From NCBI RefSeq assembly GCF_036365525.1, contig NC_090376.1:1423802-1487801 (forward strand): a stretch of DNA of 64,000 bases, written 5' to 3'. This document shows positions 1 through 13,669 of this stretch, in pieces. Position 1 is the stretch's first letter, and every line of letters starts with the position of its first letter. A program made the translations under genes and the position numbers. The stretch is from Heterodontus francisci (lineage: Eukaryota). The notes beneath the pieces were generated by a model. It searched no databases, had not been told where the DNA came from, and saw only the letters and a list, made by a program, of their open reading frames with translations.

Positions 1-870
1 CTGTGCAACCTTCCCTCATAACCTTCTTATCCCAGGAAATAGCCGAGTGAACCTTCTCTGAACTGTGTCCAATGCAATTATATCCTTTCTTAAGTAAGGA
101 GACCAAAACTATACACAATACTCTAGATGTGGACTCACCAATGCTCTGTACAACTGTGGCAAAACATCTCTACTTTTATATTCTATTCCCCTTGAAATAA
201 ATGGCAATATTGTATTTATCTTCTTAATCACTTGCTGTACTGGCATTCTAACTTCTTGTGTTTCGTGTACCAGCACACCCAGATCCCTCTTTATCTCAGA
301 GTTCTGCAATCTCTCACCATTTAAATAATATGTTGCCTTTCTATTTTTCCAGCCAAAGTGGACAATTTCCCACTTTCCCACATTATACTCCATCTGCCAA
401 ATCTCTGCCCACTCACTTAACCATCTATATCCCTTTGCAGACTCCTTGTGTCCTCTTCACAACTTACTCTCCTACCTATCTTTGTATCATCAGCAAATTT
501 AGCAACCATACATTCTGTCCCTTCATCTAAGTCATTGATATAGATTGTAAATAGTTAAGGCTCCAGCACTGATTCCTGTGGCACTCCACTAGTTACATCT
601 TGCCAACCTGAAAATGACCCATTTATGCCTACACTCTGTTTCCTGTTAGCTAACCAGTACTCTATCCATGCTAATATGTTACCCCCTATACCATGGGCTC
701 TTACTTTGTTTAGTAATCTTTGATGTGGCACCTTGTCAAATGCCTTCTGGAAATCCAAGTACACCACATCCACAGGTTCCCCTTTATCCACATTGCTTGT
801 TACTTCTTCAAAGAACTTGAATAAATTAGTTAAACATGATTTCCCTTTCACAAAACCATGTTGACTCTGC
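1..870 (-). mobile_element. CR1-type LINE fragment (ORF2 reverse transcriptase region, degenerate)
   Basis: Minus ORFs give KGKSCLTNL..VDVVYLDFQKAFDKVPH..VTSGVPQ and LYRALVSPHLEYCV, which are typical CR1 RT motifs; several frameshifts. Confidence 0.9.
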
Positions 871-1060
871 CTTTTTTTATTCGTATGTGGGATGTGAGCA
901 TCATCGGCTAGGCCAGCATTTGTTGCCCATCCCTAATTGCCCTTGAACTGAGTGGCTTGCTAGGCCATTTCAGAGGGCAGTTAAGAGTCAAGCACATTGC
1001 TGTGGGTCTGGAGTCACATGTAGGCCAGACCAGGTAAGGACAGCAGATTTCCTTCCCTAA
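871..1060 (-). mobile_element. 3' part of a tRNA-derived SINE sharing its tail with the LINE at 21967-23662
   Basis: Poly-T then ...gccagcatttgttgcccatccctaattgccctt..., the same sequence as 8610-8870 and the reverse complement of 23590-23660. Confidence 0.75.
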
Positions 1061-1499
1061 GGCCTGATTGCATTGAGATGTTCTAAATGATCTGCTATAA
1101 CCTCCATCATAATAGATTCCAGAATTTTCCCTATGACAGATATTAAGCTAACTGGCCTGTAACTTCCAGCTTTCTGTCTTCTTCCTTTCTTGAATAGCGG
1201 AGTTACATTTGCTATCTTCCAATCTGATGGGACCTTTCCAGAATCCAGAATCCATGATTTTGGAAAATTAAAACTCATGTTGTCTCTTTGATTCTCTTGT
1301 TTCCCTTTTCACTTTCCCTCTGAACTTTCTGGTTCTCACTTGTACTATCAACCTGACAGCTGTCATACACCCACTTTTTCTTCTTCATCTTACCCTCTAT
1401 CTCCTTTGTTATCCAGGGAGCTCTGGCTCCTTTTTCCCCTGGTGGGAATGTACTTCAACCCTACCTCAACCAATAAATATTGAAATAGATTCACAGAAT

Positions 1500-1860
1500 C
1501 CCAGGCAGCCTGCAAACTCTGCAGCCTGGAAGAGTCCATGTTTCACATCTATGTAGAATGTGTGAGGTTTCATTATCTGAGGGGGCTGTTCCTCAATTTC
1601 TGGCTGCACTTCAGTCCCACACTTCTGGTCTTTGACCACCCAGCGTGGAGGAGAGCAGGCAGATTGGAGGATCTCCTCATGGGACTGCTCCTGGGCCTGG
1701 CCAAGTCACCATCAAGAGGTCCAGATAACAGGCGGTCAAGGGGATTGTTCAGCATGACCTCTCTTCCACGGAACCCAGAAACTAATTTTAATTTGAAAGT
1801 TCCATTTAAATTTTTTATGTTACAGTTTATTGGCTGTGCCCCTTTAAGAAAGGGGTCACT
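1500..1860 (+). mobile_element. Old 3' fragment of an L1-Tx1 clade element related to the one at 41036-47569
   Basis: ORF MFHIYVEC..LRGLFLNFWLHFSPTLLVF..EDLLMGLLLGLAK aligns with the C-terminus of ORF 46267-47424. Confidence 0.85.
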
Positions 1861-2394
1861 TGTTACCATTCTGGTTGATAACACCTGTCAATCATTATTA
1901 ACATGAAAGAGGCAGACTGAAGCCAAACTATCTCCCCTTTAAAGTTCATCCATTCCTCCAGTACATTTCTGCCTGCCAGTCTTTGACTCTAATTTACCCA
2001 GGCCAGATCCCTCCTCTATTCACTGATCATAGCTCTCCTCCAGCTAAGTATTTTTATTCTAGAACGCTCCTTGTCTGTCTTCACAACTAATCTAAATCTT
2101 ACGATACGATGATCATTATTCCCAAGCTGTTCCCCGACTCTGACATTCTCTTGAACCATCTCGTTGCCCAGAATCAGATCCAGCGATGCCTCCTTCCTCA
2201 TCAGGCTGGTAACAAACTGATTGAGAAAATTCCCCTAAACACACTTTAGAAACTCCTCTCCTTCTCTGTCCTTAGCACAATCACTGCCCCATTCAGTTCT
2301 GGGGTAATTAAAGCCTCTCATTTCATCACTCTATAGTTCATACAGCTCTCAACAACTTCTTTGCACATTTACTCCTCTACATCTTTCCCATTCA

Positions 2395-2732
2395 TTTTTA
2401 ATTTAGAGATACAGCACTGAAACAGGCCCTTCGGCCCACTGAGTCTGTGCCGACCAACAACCACCCATTTATACTAATCCTACATTAACCCCATATTCTC
2501 TACCACATCCCCACCATTCTCCTACCACCTACCTACACTAGGGGCAATTTACAATGGCCAATTTACCTACCAACCTGCAAGTCTTTGGAGGTGGGAGGAA
2601 ACCGGAGCACCCGGAGGAAACCCACGCAGTCACAGGGAGAACATGCAAACTCCGCACAGGCAGTACCCAGAATTGAACCCGGGTCGCTGGAGCTGAGGCT
2701 GCGGTGCGAACCACTGCGCCACTGTGCCGCCC
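2395..2732 (-). mobile_element. HE1-like V-SINE (tRNA head, V-domain, CR1-type tail)
   Basis: Reverse strand reads gggcggcacagtggcgcagtgg..gggttcaattct (A/B boxes), then ggagtttgcatgttctccc..ggtttcctccca (V-domain), then tail gggccgaagggcctgtttcagtgctgtat. Confidence 0.85.
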
Positions 2733-3390
2733 ATTAATTAATTAATTAATTCGTTGGTGACCTATTGAATACACCCAGTAGTGTAATATCTCCTCTATTG
2801 TTTCTCAAATAGACTCTGTCCTTGACCCCCGGTAGAACATCCTCTCTCCAGCACTGTAATACAATCCTTAATCAATATTGCCACCGCTCCTCCTTTTGTT
2901 CCTCTCTATCTTTCCTGAACACCTTGTACCCAGGAATATTAAGCACCCAATTCCCTCTCTTTCTTTGAGCCAGCTCTCAGTTATCATCACTACATCATGT
3001 TCCAATGTATCTGCACCTGCAGCTCAGCAATCACATTTACCATGCTTTGTGAGTTTACATATATGTACTCCAAACATAGGAACAGCAGGAGGCCATTCAG
3101 CCCCTTGAGTCTGTTCCATCATTCAATGAGAGCATCGCTGATCTGCAACCTAATTCCATATACCCCTTTTGTCCCAAATCCCTTAATACCTTTGGTTCAC
3201 GAAATCTATCAACTCAAGATTTAAAATTAACAATTGATTGAACACCAATGATCATTTTGTGGAAGAGAGTTCTAAACGTTTACCAGCCTGTGTGTGTAGA
3301 AGTGTTTCCTAATTTCACTCCTGAAAGGTCTGGCTCTAATTTTTAGACTTTGCCCCCCAGTCCTAGACTTCCCAACCAGTGGAAATAGTT

Positions 3391-3485
3391 CTGAAGGCTC
3401 ACACACCTGAAACATTACCTCTGCTTCTCTCTCCACAGATGCTGCCAGACCTGCTGAGTATTTCCAACATTTTTTGTTTTTACCT
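3391..3485 (+). mobile_element. Short Penelope-like terminal fragment with a 14-bp target-site duplication
   Basis: cagtggaaatagtt occurs at 3377-3390 and 3486-3499; the body matches 14727-14820 and 60108-60295. Confidence 0.7.
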
Positions 3486-4156
3486 CAGTGGAAATAGTTT
3501 CTGTCTATCTACCCTATCTGCCCCTTAATATCTTGAAAACTTTGATCAAATCACCTCTTAACCTTTTAAAGTCCATGGAATACAACCCAAGTTTATGTAA
3601 CCTATCCTCATAACATAACCCTTGGAATCCAGATATTACTCTAGTAAATCTACATTGCACTCCCTCCAAGGCCAATATATCCTACCATAACCTAACTTAG
3701 ACTGCTTTGTATTTTCTATGATCCCACCTAATACTGTATATCTCTAACTCTGTCTCACCTGTCCTCCGGGCACCTTGTTTCTACTTTATAACACTACATC
3801 ATGATGCCCAATCCCCTGCTGTATTAGTTTAAATCCTCTCCCACAGCTCTAGTTAGCCTGTCCACAAGGATATTGGACCCAGCTCTGTATAGCTGCCACC
3901 CATCAATTTTGAACAGTTGCCTCCTGTCCCAGAACTGATCCCAATGTTTAAATCTGAAGCCCTCCCACCTCCACCATGTCTCTAGCTACGCATTAAACTG
4001 CCTTAGCCTCATATTTCCACTCTCACTAGTCCAGATTCACTAGCTTTGAGGTCCTCTTTTTAATTTCCTCACTAGCTCCTTAAAACTTTGACTGCAAGAC
4101 CTCAAGGGATATGGGGATAGTGAAGGAAAATGGCATTGAGTTCAAACATCAGCCAT

Positions 4157-4485
4157 GGCGGCACAATGGTTAGCACCGCAGCCTCACAGCTCCAGCGACC
4201 CAGGTTCAATTCTGGGTACTACCTGTGTGGAGTTTGCAAGTTCTCCCTGTGACCACGTGGGTTTTCGCCAGGTGTTCCGGTTTCCTCCCACAGTCAAAGA
4301 CTTGCAGGTTGATAGGTAAATTGGCCAATGTAAATTGCCCGTAGTATAGGTAGGTGGTAGGAGAATTGTGGGGATGTGGTAGGAGTATGGGGTTAATGTA
4401 GGATTAGTATAAATGGGTGGTTGTTGGTCAGCACAGACTCGGTGGGCTGAAGGGTCTGTTTCAGTGCTGTATCAATAAATAAATT
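4157..4485 (+). mobile_element. HE1-like V-SINE
   Basis: Same head, V-domain and tail as 2395-2732 and 30481-30810. Confidence 0.85.
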
Positions 4486-4516
4486 AGACTAACACACACT
4501 GAGTGACAGTAGTTAC

Positions 4517-4578
4517 CTTTTGAACTGTTTGAGGAATATACTGAGGTTCATGCTCCTCTTGGCATCCAGAATAGAAAC
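4517..4578 (-). CDS. FHDC1-like formin, second coding exon (62 nt, FH2 domain)
   Basis: tttttgttcctag|GTT TCT ATT CTG GAT GCC AAG AGG AGC ATG AAC CTC AGT ATA TTC CTC AAA CAG TTC AAA AG|gtaact encodes VSILDAKRSMNLSIFLKQFK, matching FHDC1 ITILDAKRSMNIGIFLKQFK; phase 0 joins the exon ending at 15780. Confidence 0.92.
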
Positions 4579-5059
4579 CTAGGAACAAAAATCAGAATAT
4601 TAGACTGTTTCCCAAGACTTGTCGCTTTCTCCCAGCTCACAGAATCTACAACAGCCAATGACACGATTGATCCCACCTGTAGTAATAGAAAAGCAGGAGT
4701 GGGGTCATCGTGGGTTATGATCAAAGTCCTTCACTGTCACCGGATCAAAATCCTGGAACTCCCTTCCTAACAGCACTGTGGGGGTACCTACTTCACATGG
4801 ACTGCAGCAGTTCAAGGCAGCTGACCACCACCTTCTCAAGGACAATTAGGGATGGGCAATAAACGCTGGCCTGGCCAGTGACGCAAACATGCTACATATT
4901 CATTTTTTTTAAAAACATACATGAAGCAGCAATCTGATTTGCTCTCTCTTCCCCACACTTGTTGTCTCTCCAACAAATCCACACACATGCACTCAAGCAC
5001 AGAGAAATTCTCCAATCTCCCCTCCTAATACGACGCTCCTCCACAAATCTATCAATAGT

Positions 5060-8000
5060 CTCCCATCCACTTAGCACTCTGTTCCTCTCCCTTCTTCCTT
5101 ACGCTTAACACCCAGTTATCCTTTGTGACCCTAACCCATTGATGATAGTGAGGTCAGAGCCTGTCCCCCTCTTTTGTGTTTCATCATCATCTCTATCTCC
5201 CTCATCATCCAAGGAGTCCTGGCTTTGGTTCCCCTACCTGCCGCCCTTGTTGGAATGTACCTAACCTGTACCTGAAACATCTCCTCCTTAAAGATCATCC
5301 ATTGTTCTGTTACAGTTTTCCTGTCAATCTTTGGTTCCATTTTACCCTGGCTAGATCCCCTCTCATCCTATTGAAGTTAGCCTTCCTCCAATTTAGACTG
5401 TTCCCAATCTACCTTATGATACGATGATCACTCTCACCCCAGTGCTCCCCCACAGACACTTGCTCCACTTGGCCCACCTTGTTCCCCAGCACCAGATCCA
5501 GCAATGTCTCCTTTCTAGTTGGGCTGAGAACATACTGATCAAGGAAGCTCTCCTGAACACATTTCAGAAATTCCTCCCCCTCCTTACCCTTTACTCTAAA
5601 ATTGATATTTGGCTAATTAAAGTCCCAATATCACCATTCCATAGTTCTTGCACATCTCAGTGATTTTGCTACAGATTTGCTTCTCTCTCTCTCGCTATTT
5701 GGAGGCCTATTGAATACCCCCAGTAATGTGATCATACCTTTCTTGCAAATCAACTCTAACCAAATGGACTCTGTCCTTGATCACTCAATGACATCCTCCC
5801 TTTCCAACACTACAATGTCTTCACTGATCAGTACTGCCACCCCACCTCCCTTTTCTTCCTTCCCTATCTTTTCTAAATACTTTGTATCTTTGAATATTAA
5901 ATGCCCAGTCTTCAACATTTTAAATCATGTTTCTGTTGTTACCACTATGGCTATTTGTACTGTAGCTCACCAACCTTATTCACCACACTTTGTGCAGTTA
6001 CACACATGCATTGTAAACCTGCCTTTGCATTCCTGATAGTCCTTCTTAGTCTGCTCCTATCTAATCTGATACTAATTCATTCTCTATTACTATCCAATAC
6101 TCTCACTTTATGCATCTTATTCCTCTTTTCTACTTCTGTATGCTGGTGCCCATCCCCCAGCCAATTTAGTTTAAACCCATCCCAACCACACTCTGTACCT
6201 CCCTGTGACAACATTGGTCCCAATCCTGTTGAGGTGTAACGTGTCACTTTGTCCTCTTTCTACTCTCACTAGTGTGTGGCACTGGGAGTAATCCAGAGAT
6301 TACACCAGTCAAGGTCTTACTTTTAACTTCCTCCCTAGCTCCTGAAAATCTGACCAGAGGACCTCAGTACCTGCCCTTGCTATGTCAACCACAACTTCTG
6401 GTTCACTCTCTCCTTCCTGCAGAATATCCTGCACCCTCTCCATGATGTCCTTTACCCTGGCACCAGGAAGGCAACATAATATGCGGGACTCACTATGACG
6501 GTTACAGAAATGCCTGTCCGTTCCCCCTAACTATGAATGTCCTATAATGACTGCATTTCTACTCTTTGCTGCTCCCTCCTGTACAGTCCCTTACCCATTG
6601 GTGCCATGGTCTGGACTGCACTGTCTCAAGGTGTCGTCACTCCCAGCAGTCTGCAATGCTGAGTACTGGTTTGAGAGTGGCAAACACCCTGAAGACTCCT
6701 GCACTTCCTGCCTCTTCCTACTCTTACGGATGGCCACCCACCTAGTCTCCTGAACTCTCACTGCCTGTGGGGTGACCAGCCTCTGGAAAGTATGATCCAG
6801 GAAACTCTCATCCTCCCTGATGTTCCACAGTGACCTCCCATTCTTCAAAACTCCAATGGGTATAGATCCAACCTGCTTAACCTTTCTTCATAAGCCAAAC
6901 CCTTTGTTCCAGGAATCAGCCTAGTGAAGCTTCTCTGAACTGCCTCAAATGCAAGTATACTCCTCCTTAAATAAGGAGACCAAAACTGTACGCAGTACTC
7001 TAGGTGCAGTCTCACCAACGGCTTGTACAGTTGTAGAAAGATTTCCCTATTTTTATACTCCATCCCCCTTGCAATAATGGCCAACATTCCATTTGCCCTG
7101 CTAATTACTTGCTGTACCTACATGTTAACTTTTTGTGTTTCATATGGCATCTTGACAAATACATGAATAGGATGGGAATAGATGGATACGGTCCCCGGAA
7201 GTGCAGAAGGTTTTAGTTTAGGCAGGCATCAAGATCGGCGCAGGCTTGGAGGGCCGAATAGCCTGTTCCTGTGCTGTACTGTTCTTTGTTCTTTTATATA
7301 CAATGACACCCTGGTCCCTCTGTATCACAGCATTCTGCAGTCTCTCTCCATGCAAATAGTATTCTGATTTTCTATTCTTCCTACTATTATGCTCCATCTG
7401 CCAATTTTTTGCCCACTCACACAGCCAATCTATATCCATTTGCAGACTCTTTGTGCCCCATCTTTGTATTGTCAGCAAATCTGGCTACCACACACTCGGT
7501 CCCTTCATCCAAGTCATTAATATAGATCGTAAATAGTTGAGGCCCCAGCACTGCTCCCTGTGGCACACCACTAGAGACAATTTGCCAACCAGTGTCGAGA
7601 TGTTTTTCTATTACATCTTTGAGTAAAGATTCCATTATCGCTACTATCACTGACATGATTTTGAACACTTCTGTTAAATCTCACTTAACCTTCCCTGCTC
7701 TCTGGAGAACAATCCCAACTTCTCCGGTCTCTCCACATAACTGAGAACCATTTCAGTAAATCTCCTCCGTACCCTCTCCCAGCCCCTCGGTGACAGAATC
7801 ACAGGATTGTTACAGCACAAAAGGAGGCCATTCAGCCCATCGTGTCTGCAACAGCTCTCCAAATGAGCAATTCACTTAGTGGCACTCCCAGCCTTCTCCC
7901 GGTAACCCTGCACATTCTTCCTTTTCATATTACAGTCTAATTCCCTTTTGAATGCTTCAATTGAGCCTGCCTCCACCACACTCTCGGGCAGCACATTCCA

Positions 8001-8290
8001 GACCTCAACCACTCGCTGTGTGAAAATGTTTTTCCTCATGCTTCTTTCACCAATTACTTTAAATCTGTGCCCTCGTTCTCAATCCTTTCACGAGTGGGAA
8101 CAGTTTCTCTCTACCTACTCTGTCCAGACCCCTCATGATTTTGAATACCTCTATCAAATCACCTCTCAGCCTTCTCTTCTCCAAGGAAAACAGTCCTAAC
8201 TTCTCCAATCTGTCTTCGTAACTGAAATTCCTCATCCCTGGAACCATTCTCGTGCATCTTTTCTGCACTCTCCCTAACGCCTTCACATCG
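5060..8290 (-). mobile_element. Mosaic of CR1 fragments, mostly minus strand (ORF1, APE, RT and 3' ends), with a short plus-strand CR1 3' end at ~7145-7290
   Basis: ORF1 motif WVAIRKSRKRQEVQESSGCLPLSNQYSAL; RT motifs GVPQGAVLGP..FADNTK and HLEYCVQFWSP. Confidence 0.8.
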
Positions 8291-9895
8291 TCCAGGTCTG
8301 GGACGAATATCCATGCAGGAAGGTTTGCTAGTGCTGTTGGGGATGGTTTAAACTAGATTGGCTGGGGGATGGGAACCTGAAGGCAGTTTCAGAAAGGACA
8401 ATTTCAGGGCAGGGAACGGGAGGCAGAAAATCAGTGAATGACTGAAAGACAGAAGAAGCAAAGGTTAAAAAAGTGTGCAGCACAGGAATTGGGCAGTGTT
8501 AAAAGGCATTGATTTAAATGCAAGGAGTATAGCAAATATATCAAATTGTCAAGGGTAGCCTCGAGAGAGAGTTCATTGAAGGCATTAGAGATTGTTTTTG
8601 AGAGCAATATTTTTTTTTTATTCATTCATGGGATGTGGGCATCGCTGGCCAGGCCAGCATTTATTGCCCATCCCTAATTGCCCTTGAGAAGGTGGTGGTG
8701 AGCTGCCTTCTTAAACCGCTGCAATCCATGTGGGGTAGGTACACCCACAGTGCTGGGTTTTTTTTATTGACTTCGTAGCGGTTAGATACAACTGAGTGGC
8801 CTGCTAGATGTGGATCTGGAGTCACATGTAGGCCAGACCAGGTAAGGGCAGCAGATTTCCTTCCCTAAAGGACATTAGTGAACTAGATGGGTTTTTACAA
8901 CAATCGACAATGGTTTCATGGCCATCATTAGACTAGCTTTTTTAATTCCAGATTTTAATATTTGAATTCAATTTCCACCTTCTGCTGTGGTGGGATTTGA
9001 ACCCATGTCCCCAAAGCAATACCCTGGGTCTCTGGGTTACTAGCCCAGTGGCAATACCACTACACCACCGCCTCCCCTGTGTTGTGGAACCAACCAGGGA
9101 GCAGGCTATTCTAGATTTGGTATTATGTAACGAGGTGGGATTAATTAATGATTTCATAGTTAAGGATCCTCTAGGGAAGAGTGATCATAGCATGCTAGAA
9201 TTTCAAATTCAGCTTGAGGGCGAGAAACTGGAGTCCCACATGAGCGGTCTGGAGTTAAACAAAGGTAATTACATAGGCATGAGGACAGATTTGGCCCTAG
9301 TGGACTTGGCAGGAAGACTAAAAGGTAGGACAGTTGATGAGCAGTGGCAGCTGTTTAAGGAGATATTCAATTCCACCCAACTAAATATATTCCAGAGAGG
9401 AAGAAAGATTCCAAGAGGGGGAGAAAAACATCCATGGCTAAGCAAGGAAGTTAAGGATAACAGAAGGACAAAAACTAAGGCATACCATATTGCAAAGGCC
9501 AGTAGCAGGCTGGAAGATTGGGAAACTTTTTAAAGATCAACAAAGGGTTACTAAAAGTAATAAAAAGAGCAAAGGTAAATTATGAAAGAAAACTAACGCA
9601 AAATTTAAAAACGGATAGCAAAAGCTTCTATAAGTATATAAAAGGGAAGAGAGTAGCTAAAGTGAATGTTGGTCCGTTGGAAGATGAGACTGGGGAGTTT
9701 ATAGAAGGGAACACAGAAATGGCAGAGACACTAAATCAGTATTTTGCCTCAGATTTCACGGTAGAGGACACTAGTACCATCCCAATAGTATCAGGTAATG
9801 CAGATGTTATAGAAAGGGAGGAACTTCGAACAATCATCATCACCAGGGAAAAAGTACTGAGCAAACTATTGGGATTGAAGGCAGACAAGTCTCCC
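8290..9895 (+). mobile_element. CR1 fragment (ORF1 end, APE and linker) interrupted by a SINE
   Basis: TNIHAGRFASAVGDGLN* at 8302-8356; EPTREQAILDLVLCNE..LGKSDH; LKADKSP. Confidence 0.85.
8610..9077 (-). mobile_element. tRNA-derived SINE with an L2/CR1-group LINE tail
   Basis: Head ggtggtgtagtggtatt..gggttcaaatccc; the same body occurs at 21796-21966 and 28376-28750; the tail matches the LINE 3' end at 23520-23660. Confidence 0.8.
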
Positions 9896-10110
9896 TTGTC
9901 AGTCAAGAATTTATCTAACTCTGCCTGAAAAATATTTCATGACCCTACCCCCACCGCTTCTGGGGAAGAGAGTTCCAAAGACTCACAACCCTCTAAGAGA
10001 AAAAATTTCTCCTCATCTCAATCTTAAATGGGTGACCCTTATTTTTAAACTGTGTCCCCTAGATGTAGTCTCTCCCAGAAGGAGAAACATCCTTTCAGTA
10101 TTCATCCTGA

Positions 10111-12574
10111 TGTTATGAAAGTACTTCAATTTTTTGTTAAATTTTGAGGACTTGTATTTTATTTGGGAAAACTGGAAAGGATTCCATGGATGTTCTTTTG
10201 ACTGGGGTAATTGAAAGGACTAAGAGGTCTTGTTTGCAAACAAGGTCCCCCATGGTAGACTTATGGAGAAAGTCAGGAGGCATGGGATAGTGGGGAATGT
10301 GGCCAATTGGATTAAGAATTGGCTAACTGATAGAAGGCAGAGAGTGGTCTTAGATGGTAAATACTCAGCCTGGAGCCCAGTTACCAGTGGCGTGCCGCAG
10401 GGATCAGTTCTGGGTCCTCTCCTGTTTGTGATTTTTATTAACGACTTGGATGAGGAAGTCGAAGGGTGGGTCAGTAAATTTGCAGATGATACAAAGGTTG
10501 GTGGAGTTGTGGATACCGAGGAGGGCTATTGTCGTCTGCAAAGGGACTTGGATAGGTTGCAGTGCTGGGCTGAAAAGTGGCAGATGGAGTTTAACCCTGA
10601 AAAGTGTGAGGTCGTCCATTTTGGAAGGACAAACATGAATGCAAAATACTGGGTTAACGGTAGGGTTCTTGGGCATGTGGAGGAGCAGAGAGACCTTGGG
10701 GTCTATGTGCATAGATCATTGAAAGTTGCAACTCAAGTGGATAGGGCTGTGAAGAAGGCATATGGGGTGTTAGCGTTCATTAGCAGAGGGATTGAATTTA
10801 AGAGCCGTGAGGTGATGATGCAGCTGTACAGGACCTTGGTAAGGCCTCATTTGGAGTACTGTGTGCAGTTCTGGTCGCCTCATTTTAGGAAGGATGTGGA
10901 AGCCTTGGAGAGGGTGCAGAGGAGATTTACCAGGATGTTGCCTGGAATGGAGAATAAGTCTTACGAGGAAAGGCTGAACATTCTAGGCCTCTTCTCATTA
11001 GAAAGGAGAAGGATGAGGGGTGACATGATAGAGGTTTATAAGATGATCAGGGGAATAGATAGGGTAGACAGTCAGAAACTTTTTCCCCGGGTGGAGCAAA
11101 GCGTTACAAGGGGTCATAAATTTAAGGTGAAGGGTGGGAGATATAAGGGGGATGTCAGGGGAAGGTTCTTTACCCAGAGAGTGGTCGAGGCATGGAATGC
11201 CTTGCCCGGGGAAGTTGTTGAGTCAGAAACTTTAGGGACTTTCAAAAGGCTTTTGGATAGGTATATGGATAAAGGAGAATGATGGGGTATAGATTAAATT
11301 GTCCTTGACAGAGGACAAAGGATCGGCACAACATCGTGGGCCGAAGGGCCTGTTCTGTGCTGTATTTTTCTATGTTTTCTATGTTCTATGTTCTAACATG
11401 TACTGGTAGTCACCTGTCTTCAGATAGTATTCAGCAGGGGCTTTTTGCCTTAGAATAATAGAAAGTTTAAAGCACAGATAAAGGCCACTTGGCCCATTGT
11501 GTCTGCGCCGGCTGAAAAACGATCCACCTATTTTAATTCCACCTTCCAGCATTTGATCCATAGCCCTGCAGATTACGGCACTTGAGGTACATATGCAGAC
11601 TCCTTTTGAATGAGTTGAGGATTTCTGCCTCTACTACCCTTTCAAGCAGTGAGTTCCAGACACCCACCACCCTCTGGGTGAAAAGGTTTTCCTCATCTCC
11701 CCTCTAATTTTTCCACCAATCACTTTAAATCTATGCCCCCTTGGGGGAGATGTTTACACAGAAGTGACTGGTCAAGATTTATAGGGGTAAGGAGGCTTGA
11801 CTCTGGAGATATTGCTTTTGATTTTCCTTTGGACAGTCAGTTGGGGTGTGGATGGTGTTTTGAAAAGGAGTTTAAAAATCAACCTGAAGGACAAAACCCA
11901 GCTCAGCCTGTTCCATTTCTTTGAAAAGACTTCCAGCTTTTCCATCTCTTTGAGAAGTTCTTAGAAGCAAGTGTAAGAAATAGAGAAATTGATGCTACAT
12001 TCATCCTGAAAGACCTGTTTGAAACCCCTGTTGCTGCATTTCTCCTGAGATGCTGGAAAAACCTGCTAGATAAATCCTCGACACTGCCTGAACAAATTGC
12101 TCCAGAGAAAGATCCCCACTGATAGCTGTCTACGCGTATTTGGGATGTCAAACCAAAAAAGGACAACTGACATCTTTCTATAGCTGGTCTTTTTTTTCTT
12201 CAAGAATTAGCAAGTATTTGGCCAAAGTATTCTTTTTTTGTCTTTTTTTGTAACAGAGCTCTAAAAGGAAATGTCTATTTTTTCCAGTTGACTATTTTGT
12301 GTGTGTGTCTGTGAGGAGCTAAGATAAAAAGGGAACTTTCATATTTTACTCTGTGTGTCAATGCTTTGCTTCATTACTGGTATGTCTTGTTTTATAATAA
12401 ACTGATAATTTTGTTGTTTATTAAAGAAACCTGGTTGGTGTATTTTATTGAGATAAAAAGTAGAGTCTCTGATTGACCGTATTGGTAACTGGGTAAATAT
12501 TTAAATATATGTTGTGACCTGTGGAGAAGTGGAACTAGAACAAACAGTGCACTCCTCCCATCTCAGTCGTAACT
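10111..12574 (+). mobile_element. Probable solo LTR (~1 kb) split by two CR1 insertions
   Basis: Starts TGTTATGA and ends TCGTAAC(T); its pieces are 10111-10240, ~11394-11457 and ~11741-12574; host CR1 sequence is continuous on both sides; AATAAA/ATTAAA near 12400-12425. Confidence 0.55.
10240..11393 (+). mobile_element. Young 5'-truncated CR1 with an uninterrupted RT C-terminal ORF and an (TTCTATG)n tail
   Basis: About 350 open codons (KVPHGRL..GVPQGSVLGP..FADDTK..HLEYCVQFWSP) ending at 11282; 3' tail ttctatgttctatgttct. Confidence 0.95.
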
Positions 12575-13125
12575 CTATCAAGTCCCCTTTGGATCTTATA
12601 TGTTTTAATTAGATCACATCTCATTCTTCTAAAATCCAGTGGATACAGGCTCAACCTGTCCAACTTTTCCTCATAAGATAACTCCCCATCCTAGGTATCA
12701 GTTGAGTGAACCTTCTCTGAACTGCTTCTAATGTATTTATATCCTTTCTTATATAAGGAGACCAAAACTGTACACAATACTCCAGATGTGGTCTCACCAA
12801 TACCCTATACAACTGTTGCAAAACAATCCTACTTTTATATTCCATTCCCCTTGCAATAAATAACAACATTCCATTTGCCTTCAAACGACAGTTTTAGATA
12901 AGGGACACAAAGAAATGTTGTTCTCATTAGCTGATGGTACAAGGACTAGGGGACACAGATTGAAGATTTTGGGCAAGAGATACAGGGGCAATGTGAGTAA
13001 GAATCCTTTTTACACAGCGAGTGGTAATGACCTAAAACTCTGCCTACGAGGCTGGTGGAGGCAGAGACAATGAATGATTTCAAAAGAAAACTGGATGGAA
13101 ATAAACTTTCAGGGCTACAGGGATA
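12575..13125. mobile_element. CR1 fragments (minus 12575-12885, plus 12895-13125)
   Basis: LVRPHLEYCVQFWSP ORF and CR1 3'-region sequence. Confidence 0.75.
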
Positions 13126-13669
13126 GTTCAGCCAGGCAGAGGAGGGTGGTGGTGGATGGAAACTGATTGGGCTCCATTCAAAGAAGAAGTGGAGAGCTCT
13201 CAAACCATCCCGGTGGGGAATGGAGATGTAGATGAATTGGATGTCCATGGTGAAAAGGAGATGGTGAGGGCCAGGAAACCATTAAAGGGCATCACAAGAG
13301 ACATGGATGGCGGAGGGAAGAGACTAGACAGGGGAGTAAAAACAGACTCGAGACAGGAAGAAATCAGTTCACAGGGCAGCAAAGATTGTTTCATGAAGAT
13401 CAGTGCAAGTTTGAGGAACAGCATCTCACTTTACAATGAATTCAACAATTTTACATCATAACCTCTGCCCCCATTTTGTTGAGTTTTTTTCTCTTGTTTG
13501 TTTTAATCCCTTTACTGTGTGTTTGATTGGCTGCTAAATCATTCACACCTCATCCAGACACATCTTTTGTTTCTTTACTTGTCCCATGAAAGCTTTCGTC
13601 ATTTAATCTCTCCTGCCCTCCACCCTGTCTCAGGTCTTCTCTTTTGTTCTTCTATCCCCTCCCCTCTAT

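Larger units (their letters stand above)
1905..4110 (-). mobile_element. Cluster of degenerate CR1 fragments (APE region, ORF1/ORF2 junction, 3' ends) with nested inserts
   Basis: SLDLILGNE..LGNNDH endonuclease motif (ORF 2016-2201); ORF1 end RAVGEDLN* near 3830; CR1 3' end at 3075-3680. Confidence 0.75.

Noticed and set aside
2395-4485. tRNA-like A/B boxes
   Set aside because: Heads of V-SINEs; no complete cloverleaf
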